Source: Armatimonadota bacterium | GTDB taxonomy: Bacteria; Armatimonadota; UBA10988 | Direction of reading: 5' to 3' | Assembly (NCBI GenBank): GCA_016235455.1 | Contig: JACRKZ010000012.1 | Span: 32,001 to 96,000 of the forward strand | Length of the DNA: 64,000 bases | Shown here: positions 1-9,773 of the stretch, piece by piece | Layout: each line of letters opens with the position of its first letter | How positions within the stretch are numbered: the stretch's first letter is position 1 | Position numbers and translations under genes: made by a program | Notes under the pieces: model-generated | The model's input: only the letters and a program-made list of their open reading frames with translations | The model's database searches: none | Told to the model about the DNA's origin: nothing

Positions 1-242
1 AGCAACATGCGCGTCGCGTCGGGCGCCTGCTCGCGCACACGGGCAAGGAACTGCGCGCCGTCCATGCCCGGCATACGCATGTCGGACAGCACCACGGCGA
101 ACGGGCCCTGCTCGGCCAGCACGGCGAGGCCGGCTTCGCCGCTTTCGGCGGTCACCACCCGATAGGCGCGCCCGAGGTGCAGCGTCAGGCCGGCGAGCAC
201 GTTCGGCTCGTCGTCCACGCAGAGCACTGCAATCCGCTCCAT
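1..242 (-). CDS. Response regulator receiver protein (partial; runs off window start)
   Basis: Read by hand on the minus strand: MERIAVLCVDDEPNVLAGL...VVLSDMRMPGMDGAQFL, a canonical REC domain. Not in the ORF track. Confidence 0.85.
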   Translation of the reverse strand, partial: MERIAVLCVDDEPNVLAGLTLHLGRAYRVVTAESGEAGLAVLAEQGPFAVVLSDMRMPGMDGAQFLARVREQAPDATRML

Positions 243-256
243 CGTCACGTGTCCCT

Positions 257-1450
257 TCAGCCGCTGGCATCCAAGGTGGCCAACCACGCAGGCAGCCGCT
301 CGGCCAGCCCGAGCCTGGCCACCAGCGTGCTGTCCGGCCCGTCAGGCAGCGGTCCGGTCGCACCCGCGCCGGAGCTTGCGACGCCCACCAGGCCGTTGGC
401 GATGTGCGTCACGGCGGGCAGACCCAGCACGTCGCCATCGATCCGGTCGGGTGAATGATGGCAGGTCACCGCCTCGACCACGAGCTCTGGCAAGCCCCAC
501 AGACCCAGCAGGTAACCGCCGATTTCGGCATGGGTGACGCCGTAGAGAGTCCGCTCGGCGGCATGCAGGGAGCATCCACCCCGCTCCGCCTCGTCGCGGG
601 CCGCGGCCAGATGCTGGGGCAACTCGGTCAGGAGAACCAGCTTGCCCACGTCGTGCAGCAGTCCGGCGACAAACGCGTCGTCGCGCCAACTCTCGCCATG
701 GCTGATCGTGGCCGCCATGGCTGCCGTGCGCAGCGCGTGGTCCTGCTGGGCCGCCAGCGCGCCGCGCAAACTTTCGTCGCTCGACTCGCGACCGAACAGC
801 TCGGCGGCCAGACTCAGATGCCGGATGGTGTTGAACCCCAGGTAGACCACCGCCTCATCGACGGTCGAGATAGAGCGCGACAGGCGGAAGAACGCGGAGT
901 TGACCATCTGCAGAACCTTGGCCGACATGGCCACGTCCTGCTTGACGATGGCGCAGACCTGGACCGAGGTCACCGCGTCGTCGGCCAGCGCCTCCACCAG
1001 CTTGGTGTAGACGGCCGGCACCGGCGGCAAGCGGTCGATGCGACCCACCACGCTCAGCACCGCCTCGTTGTTCATGGCCTCGCGCAGCTCACAGACGCGA
1101 GTGATGGCGTCCTCGATGACCCCGGGCTCGCTGGGTTTGGCGATGAACTGGTGCGACACGCCAGCAGCCCGCAAGGCCAGGCTGTCATCGGCCTGTCCCG
1201 ACATGGCGATACGCGTCACGCGCGGCCAACGCTGGCACACCTGGGAGAGCAGCGTGGCCCCGTCCATCTCCGGCATACGCAGGTCGGACACGATGATGTC
1301 CACGGTGCGACCCGCCATCAGTTCCAGGGCGTCGCGACCGCTGGAGACGAACATCAGGTCCCACTGCCGGCGCTGCCGGTACAAACGCGTACGCAAGCCA
1401 TCGAGCACATGCGGCTCGTCGTCGACAAAGAGCACAAACGGCTTGGCCAT
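257..1450 (-). CDS. REC + HDOD domain response regulator
   Basis: VLFVDDE...SDLRMPEMDG receiver; HDOD motifs LPPVP, KVLQMVNSAFF, AGLLHDVGKL, WGLP, HH. GGAG precedes the ATG at 1450. Confidence 0.9.
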   Translation of the reverse strand: MAKPFVLFVDDEPHVLDGLRTRLYRQRRQWDLMFVSSGRDALELMAGRTVDIIVSDLRMPEMDGATLLSQVCQRWPRVTRIAMSGQADDSLALRAAGVSHQFIAKPSEPGVIEDAITRVCELREAMNNEAVLSVVGRIDRLPPVPAVYTKLVEALADDAVTSVQVCAIVKQDVAMSAKVLQMVNSAFFRLSRSISTVDEAVVYLGFNTIRHLSLAAELFGRESSDESLRGALAAQQDHALRTAAMAATISHGESWRDDAFVAGLLHDVGKLVLLTELPQHLAAARDEAERGGCSLHAAERTLYGVTHAEIGGYLLGLWGLPELVVEAVTCHHSPDRIDGDVLGLPAVTHIANGLVGVASSGAGATGPLPDGPDSTLVARLGLAERLPAWLATLDASG

Positions 1451-1456
1451 CTCCAA

Positions 1457-3433
1457 CTACCCCTTGACCCCTGAGGCTTCGATTGGCAGCTTGATCACGA
1501 ACTCTGTGCCCTGCCCCACCTCGCTGGTAAACGTCAGGGTCCCGCCGTGCTTCTCGACCACGATGGACCGGGCGATGGCCAGTCCCTGCCCGCTGCCCTT
1601 GCCGACAGCCTTGGTGGTGAAGAACGGATCGAACACGCGCCCGGCTATCTCGTCCGGGATGCCATGGCCGGTATCGGCGATGGCCAGCCGCACCATGTCG
1701 CCCTCGCGGCGCGTCGTCACGCGGATGGTGCCCAGCTTGCCGCTGTCGCCGACCGCCTCGCCAATGGCATGCGCGGCGTTCACGATGATATTCAGGAAGA
1801 CCTGGTTGAGGTCGCCGATGTGGCAGCTCACCAGCGGCAGATTGCCAAGCGAGCACTCTACCTCGGCCACGTACTTGTACTCGTTGCGGGCGATGGTCAG
1901 CGTGCTCCCGATGGCCTTATTCAGGTCGGCGGGGCTCTTTTCGCGCTGGTCAGGGTGGGCGAAGTCCTTCATGGCGCGCACGATCGTGGCCACCCGGTCG
2001 ATACCGTCGAAGCAACGGTCGAGCGATGCCGGCGCGTTATCCAGCATGAACTCCAGGTCGGCCTCCTCCTCGGCCGCGGCCAACGCCGCCAGGCCAGCCT
2101 CGCCGGCCGTGGCGCGCGCCGACTCCCGGTAGGCGGAGAGCACCTGGCTCAGGCCCTCGAACGCCTCGCGCAGGAAGTGGACGCTGTCGCCGACATACTG
2201 GATGGGCGTGTTGATCTCGTGCGCAATGCCCGCGGCCAACTGGCCTACGGCCTCGAGCTTGCGCGCATGGCCCAGCTCGGCTTCGAGCTGGCGCCGGGCC
2301 GTCAGGTCCACAAACGACTCCAGGTAGACGGACTCGCCATCCAAGTTGAGCCGATGCAAGCTGCGCAGGACCGGCAAGGGCGGATCCGTGCGACGGGGCA
2401 ACAGCGTCTCGCTCCGGGCGGGCTCGGGGTGGTCGCCGTGCAGCAGGCACGGCTCGCCTTCGGCCTGGCAGAGCGCCGCGTTGCACGGCAGGCCGATGAT
2501 CTCCTCGGCGTCCTCGGCCTGGACCATGTCCAGCGCCGCCTGGTTAGCCCAGCGCACCCGCCGGTCAGCCCCGGAGATGACGATGCCGACCGGCATGCTG
2601 TTGAGGATCCAACGCAACCGGTTCTCGCTGTCGCGCAGCCGTTGCTCGAACCGCAGGCGCTGCGTGATGTCGCGCACGATGCCCAGCGCCCACCACTCGC
2701 CATGTACGTAAGCCGAACTCAGCGACAGCTCGACGGGGAACTCCTCGCCGCTCTTGCGCAGGGCTTTCAGGATGACGGTCGTCCCGATCGCACGACCTTC
2801 GCCGTTCCCCGCGAAGAGCCGCGCGGCGTGGTCGGCCTCCTCGCGCTGGGCCGGCGGGACCAGCAGCGAGTGGACTGGCCGACCCTCCACCTCGCTCGAG
2901 GTGTAGCCAAACATGCTCTCAGCCGCCGCGTTCCAGAAGTTGATGCGGCTGTCGCCGCCGATCAGGATGATGCCGTCGGTGGCCGCCCGGCTGATCAGGC
3001 TCAGGCGCTCGTTGAGCCGGTGCTGCTCCAAACGGGCCTCGTGCAGCCGCAGTTGCGCCCACACCCGGAAGCGCAGCGTGTCGACGCTGAGCGGCGTGTG
3101 GATGATGTCCGTCGCTCCGGCCCGCGCGGCGGCGGCGGCCATGGCCGAGTCGCCCCGCACGGTGATTGCCGCCACGGCCAGATCGTCACCACGCGGATGG
3201 TGCCGCAGGGCGCTGCAGAGCGCCAAGCCATCGTCACTCGACAGCGCTGTGTCGACGATGGCCAGACACGGCGTCCGCACCTCCAGGTAGGCCAATGCCT
3301 GGGCAGCGTTCGACGTCCGCTCGACCTCGAGGCCTTCCTGAGCCAGCAGTGATGCCAACGCCTCGCCCACCGCCTGGTCGTCGATGACGACCAGGACGGC
3401 ATGGCGCTCCTTGGCGCACGGCAGCACATGCAT
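1457..3433 (-). CDS. Hybrid sensor histidine kinase (atypical REC, two PAS, HisKA, HATPase)
   Basis: PAS NAAAESMFGY; H-box AGIAHEINTP; N-box QVFLNIIVNA; DTGHGI, PFFTTK, GSGQGL. Confidence 0.92.
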   Translation of the reverse strand: MHVLPCAKERHAVLVVIDDQAVGEALASLLAQEGLEVERTSNAAQALAYLEVRTPCLAIVDTALSSDDGLALCSALRHHPRGDDLAVAAITVRGDSAMAAAAARAGATDIIHTPLSVDTLRFRVWAQLRLHEARLEQHRLNERLSLISRAATDGIILIGGDSRINFWNAAAESMFGYTSSEVEGRPVHSLLVPPAQREEADHAARLFAGNGEGRAIGTTVILKALRKSGEEFPVELSLSSAYVHGEWWALGIVRDITQRLRFEQRLRDSENRLRWILNSMPVGIVISGADRRVRWANQAALDMVQAEDAEEIIGLPCNAALCQAEGEPCLLHGDHPEPARSETLLPRRTDPPLPVLRSLHRLNLDGESVYLESFVDLTARRQLEAELGHARKLEAVGQLAAGIAHEINTPIQYVGDSVHFLREAFEGLSQVLSAYRESARATAGEAGLAALAAAEEEADLEFMLDNAPASLDRCFDGIDRVATIVRAMKDFAHPDQREKSPADLNKAIGSTLTIARNEYKYVAEVECSLGNLPLVSCHIGDLNQVFLNIIVNAAHAIGEAVGDSGKLGTIRVTTRREGDMVRLAIADTGHGIPDEIAGRVFDPFFTTKAVGKGSGQGLAIARSIVVEKHGGTLTFTSEVGQGTEFVIKLPIEASGVKG

Positions 3434-3654
3434 GGACTGACTTCCCGCTCACGCCCGCGGACTCGTCTGGCGAGTACCGACGGGCGGCCCGCCGGCGTGT
3501 ATCACCCTGTTTACCTCGTCCCACGAGCGCAGTAAAGGACCAGACCGCGTCATACGCGTCATGTTCGCTTAAGGTTGGGTCGAAGTGCGGACCGCCTCGA
3601 CGCTTGACCGCGCCGGTGGCGGGGCACTACGCTGACCCGCACGGAGAGTGCCCG

Positions 3655-5400
3655 ATGCGCCGATGGTGTCTCGTGCTGTGCATCGCGGCAGCGACGGCCG
3701 GTGCCGTCGAGCTGCCGCGGCCCGCGTTCGCCAACAGCTTCTGCCTGTTCCCCATCAACGAGCGCTTCCACCTGCGCGCGCCAGGCGACCGCGAGCGCCT
3801 CGTGGCCTGGGTCGGCGAGATGCGCGCCGTGCTAGGCCCGGCCCGGCTGTACGCGCCGTTGGGCGTGGCGATCATCTCCGAGGGCGAAGAGTGGGAGCTG
3901 TTCGAGTTCTGTCGCCGGCAGGGCGTGCAACTGGTCCTGCAGGGCGGCGCCATCGAGCATCACGCCGTGGCCTGGGGCTTCCCCCGGCTGCTGCGCGACC
4001 CGGCCCAGGGCGACCGGCGTTTCGCTCAGTGGTTCCAGGATGGGCTCATCGCCGATCCCGGCAAGGAAGACCAGCACGATTTCGGCTACCGCGCCTGCGC
4101 CAGCGTCTATGCCAAGCCCGTGCAGGCACTGCGCCGCGCCGCGGACCTGCCGCGTTCGGCGCGCATCGCGGCTTCGATGAAGCGCTACCCCGATGTCGTT
4201 GTGGGCTGCAGCGGGCCCATCGAGTGCGAAATGCACCAGGGCGACGACCGCTGGGGCGACTACAGCCCGTTCACGCTGGCCGAGTTCCGCGACTACCTGA
4301 CCCATCGTGGCATCTACGCGGCCGGCGCGGCGCGAGCCGGCGAGGGCTGGCCCGGCGGGCAGGTGTTCGCCGACGATCCGTCGCCCGACCGTGCGGTCGG
4401 CGGTAACGTCACCTTCAATGCCACCTTCGGTACGCGGTTCGCCTCATGGTCGCTGCGCTACTGGGATCCTGAGGTGTACCCCGAGCGCCTGCCACTCGAT
4501 GCGCCTGGCCTGCCCCAGCCCGGTGCGCGCGGCTTCTTGGCCGGCGGGTTCGACGCGCCACGCGTGTGGCCGGGCCGGCCGCCGCTAGCGGGCCTCGCCG
4601 CGGAGGGCAATGAGCGACTGTGGGAGGCCTGGGCCAGCACCGACGACGCCCGACCGGGCTTCCGCGCCAAGCTGCTGTCGTGGTGGGTCGGTGACCACAC
4701 GCGCATGCTGGCCGAGGCCGGCGTGCCGCGCGAGCGCATCTTCAGCCACCAGATACCCGGCGAGAGCTACGGACTCGGGCGGCTAAGCCAGGGCGCCTCC
4801 ATGGTCCAGACCGCGCACACGCCCAGCGGCAGCATCGGCATCACCACCTACTTCGGCGCCGCGTCCGACGTCGAGGTGTTCACCAAGCTCACCGCGTTGG
4901 ACGCCAACTGGGGCATCTTCGAGTACCATCCGCACCCCATCGGCGCGCTCACCGCGCCGGTCTCGGAGTACCTGCACTCGATGTGGACCTGCGTGCGCTT
5001 CCGCGCCCACGTACTCACCCCCATCGACTGGACCTCGGACGACAAGGACTTCGTCGTGCGCCGTGGCCCGTTTGCCCAAGCCATGGCGCAGGTGCTGGCG
5101 GCCCTGCCCGACCAACCCTACTACGACCGCGCGCCGGTCGCCTACACGCCGCCCGCCGTCGCCGGCGTGCAGGCCGAGCGCCTGGCGGGCAACCAGGCCA
5201 AGATCACCTGGTCGCCACTGCTCTGGCCGGACCTGAAGCACGTTTGGACCGACTGGCGCGACTTCGACCAGTTTGAGGTGCGGGCCGCCGACGGCCGCGT
5301 GCTGGGCCGCACGCGCGAGGCCAGCCTGACCGTGCCCGGCGACGGACAGGGCCTGCGTGTGGTGGCCACCCGCCGACCGCCGGTCGCCATCGACCAGTAA
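3655..5400 (+). CDS. Secreted glycoside-hydrolase-like protein, N-terminal part of a probably split gene
   Basis: Signal peptide MRRWCLVLCIAAATAGA; DYSPFTLAEFRDYL resembles GH42-like TIM-barrel proteins; ends in an FN3-like repeat. Confidence 0.6.
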   Translation: MRRWCLVLCIAAATAGAVELPRPAFANSFCLFPINERFHLRAPGDRERLVAWVGEMRAVLGPARLYAPLGVAIISEGEEWELFEFCRRQGVQLVLQGGAIEHHAVAWGFPRLLRDPAQGDRRFAQWFQDGLIADPGKEDQHDFGYRACASVYAKPVQALRRAADLPRSARIAASMKRYPDVVVGCSGPIECEMHQGDDRWGDYSPFTLAEFRDYLTHRGIYAAGAARAGEGWPGGQVFADDPSPDRAVGGNVTFNATFGTRFASWSLRYWDPEVYPERLPLDAPGLPQPGARGFLAGGFDAPRVWPGRPPLAGLAAEGNERLWEAWASTDDARPGFRAKLLSWWVGDHTRMLAEAGVPRERIFSHQIPGESYGLGRLSQGASMVQTAHTPSGSIGITTYFGAASDVEVFTKLTALDANWGIFEYHPHPIGALTAPVSEYLHSMWTCVRFRAHVLTPIDWTSDDKDFVVRRGPFAQAMAQVLAALPDQPYYDRAPVAYTPPAVAGVQAERLAGNQAKITWSPLLWPDLKHVWTDWRDFDQFEVRAADGRVLGRTREASLTVPGDGQGLRVVATRRPPVAIDQ

Positions 5401-6370
5401 CGGCTTCTTCGCCGACAATTACCGCGTCGAACTGTTCGACACGGCCGACGCCGCGGCGCCCAGTCGCACGGTCTCGGCGCGCCAGGCCAGCCTGGATGTG
5501 CGGCCGGTGGGCGACGAGCAGGAAGTCTGGGCGCGCGTGGCCGTGGTCGACGGGGCCGACGGCGGCGGCGCGTGGAGCGACAGGTTCCGTCTCAGCCTGC
5601 CGCGGCCGGGCCGGCTGGTGCTCGACCTGGCCCGGCAGAACCCGCGGGTCACCAACTCGCCCGACACCGCCTTCCGGCCGATCATCGTGGGCGGCGTGAG
5701 CCAGCCGAGCCTGTTTGAGCATCCGTCGATCAAGGAGATCACCTGGGCGACCGCCGAGTTCACCGGCCAGTTGCCGTCCGTGACGGCCGGGCGACGTCTC
5801 CTGTTTGTGGCCGACCTGGGCCTCAAGGACGGCGCGACGTTGAGCGACGGCGTGCGCTTCGCCGTGTCGGGCAACGGCCGTGACCGCTTCGAGCAACTGG
5901 TCAAGCCCGATGGCGCCTGGCATGCGGTCGAGGTCGATCTGACGGACCTGGCCGGCCAGGCGCTGTCGCTGGTGCTCAAGGTGCACCCGAACGCCCACTC
6001 CGCCGCCGACTGGGCCGCCTGGGCCGAGCCGCGCGTGCTGCTGGTAGGGCCCGGCGTGGTCGACCTGCCCACGGTGGTCGGCATCACCGCACTGGGCAAG
6101 GAGGTCCGCGGCCGCGTCACGCTGCGCTGGCAGGAGAAGACCTCCGACGGCCGGCTATGGCCTCAACTGGCGGGCTTCAGCGGCTATCGCGTGTACCGCG
6201 GCGCGGACCGTGGCTTCCAGCCGGGCGCCGCCAACCGGCTGGGCGAGAGCAAGACCTCCCAGTTCGTCGACGCGACGTTCGACGGGCGCGAGACCTACTA
6301 CCGCGTCACCGCCGCGATGGCCGACGGCAGCGAGTCGCCGCCATCGGAGGCGGTGCAGTACGCGCCTTAA
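5357..6370 (+). pseudogene. C-terminal continuation (FN3-like and carbohydrate-binding-like domains) in the +1 frame, with no credible start
   Basis: Coding-like codon usage from 5401; begins mid-domain (NGFFADNYRVEL); terminal FN3 (VTLRW...GYRVYRG...YYRVTA...ESPPSE). Confidence 0.55.
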
Positions 6371-8400
6371 CGGCGGCGCACCAGGCCCGCGACCGGCTCC
6401 ACGTCAAGCGCCCAGCGCTGCTGGCCGTGGGTGACGTTGACCGTCGCCCGCTCGCCGTCCGGCTGGCAGGTGACCAGCGCCGCGACGCCGTCGAGCGCCA
6501 CGGTCCAGGCATACCACGTGGCCGCTGCCTGTCGGCGGAAGAGGACCATGGGCGGCTGCTCGGCAGTGCTGGCGCCCACGCCAACGCCGCACAGCGCCTC
6601 GGTGGCTTCGCCCGGCGCCAAAGAGAGCACGGTGTCGGCGCCCGCCGCGGGCTTGACCGACAGGCTCAGGCCCTGACCCGCGCCGCGCGTCGTGGCCTTG
6701 GCCAGATGCTGATAGCCGGCCTTCGCCGGCGGTGTCCAGGGCTGGCCGGCCGGTAGATCGGCCCAGGCGCCGCTGAGATGCACAGCCAGGTCGAGCGTGC
6801 GCGGCTTGTCGCACACCACCCGGTCGACGATCAACGCCACCGTGTCACTCAGCAGCACCGCCGCGCGCCGGAAGCTGACGCCGGGGTAGATGGGGCCGGC
6901 ATCGGTGACGACATAGCGCAGGCCGGCCTCGCCTGAGAAGCCCAGGCAACTGCCAGTGGCCGGCGCCTGGTTGGCCTCATCCACCACCAGCGTGTTGTGC
7001 GCCAGCGTGGTCTTGTCCCAAGAGCCGTGCAGCGGTGAGCCGTAGGCATGGCTGCCGCTGTCGGGCAGGCGGTCGGCACGCTGGGTGCGCAGCACGAAGT
7101 GGTTCTTGTCCGGATGCCCGTGACCGCCGCCGTGCGGACCATACTTAAGGCACAGCCAGGTGGCCCCCTCGCCGTCGCCGGCCTGCAGCATGGCGTAGCC
7201 GCTGGCCGGGCTGTTGGCGCTGCCGCGCACCGCGGCGGCGCCCGCCTGGGGCAACTCCGCCTCGCCGTAGAGCAGGGCCAGCCGCCCCGTGCGCGGCCCA
7301 CCGGCCAGCAGCGGCAGATAGGCCGGGTCGTGGTACTTGGCATAGGCCAGGTCGTAGCTGTCGCGCCGGCCCTTGAGGTCGACCGTGCCGCTGTCGTTGA
7401 AGGCCGGCATCAGCAGATCCGGCGTGGCCAGCGCCAAGGGCGCGTCGAACATGGTCTTGAGGCGCGGCGACCACAGGTTGACCCCGCAATGCTCGGCGGC
7501 GATGGCCAACGGCATCAGACCGTCAATCGTGAAGAAGTGGTAGCCGCTGGCGCCTTCGAACCACATGCCATCGTCTTGGATGCCCTTGGCCACCTGCTGG
7601 CGGAAGCCGCCGCGCGTGTCAGCCGTGGCGCGGTCGACGAGCTGTTGGTCGCCCAGCAGCAGCCCGGTCAGGCCGATGGCGCTGGCCAGCCGGCAGTGGA
7701 TGTTGTGCACCTGCCCGAAGCCGGGCAGCAGCACGCGCTCGACGCACGGCCGCAGCAGACCGGCCTCGACCGCGGCGCGCTCCTGGGCCGAGCTGTCGGC
7801 CCACACCAGATCGGCCGCCTGCGCGATGGGTATCAGCCACGACGCCTCGGTCAGCGACTGCGAGTGGACGCGGGCGCCGCGGCCGAGCCGGCCCTGGTTG
7901 TCGTGCAGCTCGTACTTGAGGTAGTGCTCGGCATAGGCGGCCAGGATGGCCTTGGCCCGCGCCAGGTAGCGCGGCTCGCGGGTCATCTGCCACAGCAGGC
8001 CGGCATCGCAGGCCTGCTGGGCCAGTTGCCCATGCACACCGGCGATGGCGTTGCCGTCGAAGTCCAGCGTCGCCTTGGCCGGGTTGCCCAGCAGCGTGTG
8101 CGGCCCGACGGGGCAAGTATGCTCCCACTGCCACGGCCCGAGGCGTCTGCCCTGCTTCAGACGGGCGCCATGGTCGGGGCAGACGTAGTTGTGGCTCCAG
8201 TTGCCGCCGCGCGGCGGCAGCGCCAGCGGCTCGGCGACGGCGCGGTCGACATCGGCGCGGAAGCCGGACCAGCGCGCGGCCCAGCCGGGCCGCGCCACCT
8301 TGGCGCGCAGCGCGGCCAGGTCGGCGGCGTTGACCAGCAAACGCGGCGTGGGCGGCAGGTCGGCGGCCACCAGCAGCGCTGCGAGGAGGACCATCTGCAT
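6367..8400 (-). CDS. Polysaccharide lyase, alginate lyase/heparinase II-III type (PL17-like)
   Basis: Signal peptide; HNIH, WFEGASGYHFF, FNDS, GHGHPDKNHF, TLAHNTLVVD. TGATG overlap with the upstream gene. Confidence 0.8.
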   Translation of the reverse strand: MQMVLLAALLVAADLPPTPRLLVNAADLAALRAKVARPGWAARWSGFRADVDRAVAEPLALPPRGGNWSHNYVCPDHGARLKQGRRLGPWQWEHTCPVGPHTLLGNPAKATLDFDGNAIAGVHGQLAQQACDAGLLWQMTREPRYLARAKAILAAYAEHYLKYELHDNQGRLGRGARVHSQSLTEASWLIPIAQAADLVWADSSAQERAAVEAGLLRPCVERVLLPGFGQVHNIHCRLASAIGLTGLLLGDQQLVDRATADTRGGFRQQVAKGIQDDGMWFEGASGYHFFTIDGLMPLAIAAEHCGVNLWSPRLKTMFDAPLALATPDLLMPAFNDSGTVDLKGRRDSYDLAYAKYHDPAYLPLLAGGPRTGRLALLYGEAELPQAGAAAVRGSANSPASGYAMLQAGDGEGATWLCLKYGPHGGGHGHPDKNHFVLRTQRADRLPDSGSHAYGSPLHGSWDKTTLAHNTLVVDEANQAPATGSCLGFSGEAGLRYVVTDAGPIYPGVSFRRAAVLLSDTVALIVDRVVCDKPRTLDLAVHLSGAWADLPAGQPWTPPAKAGYQHLAKATTRGAGQGLSLSVKPAAGADTVLSLAPGEATEALCGVGVGASTAEQPPMVLFRRQAAATWYAWTVALDGVAALVTCQPDGERATVNVTHGQQRWALDVEPVAGLVRRR

Positions 8401-9728
8401 CACTTGGCCTCCGGCCGAGTAAAGCCGATCGAGCGGATGCGCATGGTCTTGCCCGGCTGTCCGCCGGGACCCGGATCGACGCGCAACTGCGAGATGAGCC
8501 CCTTGTACTCGGGATGCGTACCCAGGTCGACGGCGTAGACGTGCCACACTCCGTCACCGATCAGCGGCACCGTCTTGACCCGCTCACCGGCCATGCCGGG
8601 CTGGCCCGTGCAGCGCCAGAACACCTCCAGGTTGCCCGGCGCGCCGTCGTAGGCCGCCTCGACGTAGAGTGTCGGCGCACTGGCAGCGGGGAACAAGACC
8701 AGCGGGCTGAGCATCTGCGGGTCGGCCTGGTCGACGTTGACCTTCAGCTCGCCGGTGATCGGCCAGCCGGTGTCGGTGGCCAGGTGATAGACCCAGTGCT
8801 GGCGGTCGGCCCCGAAGCGCCACACCGGCGGCGCGGGCTTGGGTGCGTGCTGGTAGACGTGGTCGCGGATCTGGGCCAGTTGGCCGACGATCAGCGTGTA
8901 CTGGAACTCGTAGGTGATGTTCCAGTCGAGGATCTCCGAGTGCAGCGGCGCGATGTAGCCGGTCGGACCGTCCTTGGGGCCGCCCTTGCCGGGTGCCCCG
9001 GCGAACCCGCCGAGGAACTGCACCACGCCTGGCTCCCAGATACCCAGGCCGAAGCCCTTGTCATCGACCAGCGCGGCCCAGTTCTCCGTGGCGGTCCACC
9101 CGGTCCACGGCATCTTGGCCGGGATCTGGGACAGTTCGCCGCCGGTATACGGCGCATCGCCCTGATAGGTCATCAGCTTCCACCACGGACCGTTGGTATA
9201 GACCGCGGGCAACTCCTGATGCCGGCCGGTGTACTGCGTCTTGTCAGAGCGCGCGTTGACCATGCGCGAGCGCACCTTGGCCGTGGCGCCGTCGAGGGTA
9301 ATCCAGCACTCGAAGACGCACTCGCCCGGCTCGTTGTTCAACGGCCACTGCATGGGCACGCACTTGACGTACAGCTCCCGGCCGTCGTTGCGTTGCTCGA
9401 GCAGCTTGGAGCGATGGCCATAGCAGTCGCCCGACTGGATGGGATTCCAGCCCAGTCCGGCCCATTCGGGCCGCGGCTGTTTGCCGTTGGGGGCAAATGG
9501 GTTGGGCCCCGAGTAGTGCGACATCTGGATCTGACGACCCCAGTCGAACGAGTTGATCAGGTTCTGGTCCGAACCGCTGGGCGACACCCAGGTGATGGCA
9601 CCGCCCAGGTCGAGGTTCACCCCGACCTTGATCGTGCCGTTGTCGATGCTGCTCACGCGGTCCTCAGCGCAACCGGCTGTGGCCATGGCCATCACTCCCA
9701 TCAACACCCACCAACCTGCTCTCATCAC
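8400..9728 (-). CDS. Secreted/lipoprotein conserved hypothetical, beta-rich, probably carbohydrate-active
   Basis: Signal with TAGC lipobox-like end; Trp/Gly-rich; C-terminal QLRVDP CBM-like module; coupled to the lyase gene. Confidence 0.65.
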   Translation of the reverse strand: MMRAGWWVLMGVMAMATAGCAEDRVSSIDNGTIKVGVNLDLGGAITWVSPSGSDQNLINSFDWGRQIQMSHYSGPNPFAPNGKQPRPEWAGLGWNPIQSGDCYGHRSKLLEQRNDGRELYVKCVPMQWPLNNEPGECVFECWITLDGATAKVRSRMVNARSDKTQYTGRHQELPAVYTNGPWWKLMTYQGDAPYTGGELSQIPAKMPWTGWTATENWAALVDDKGFGLGIWEPGVVQFLGGFAGAPGKGGPKDGPTGYIAPLHSEILDWNITYEFQYTLIVGQLAQIRDHVYQHAPKPAPPVWRFGADRQHWVYHLATDTGWPITGELKVNVDQADPQMLSPLVLFPAASAPTLYVEAAYDGAPGNLEVFWRCTGQPGMAGERVKTVPLIGDGVWHVYAVDLGTHPEYKGLISQLRVDPGPGGQPGKTMRIRSIGFTRPEAK

Positions 9729-9773
9729 GCTCTCCGTGGCCGTTGGGACGCACTGGGCGCCCGGCCGTTCCCA

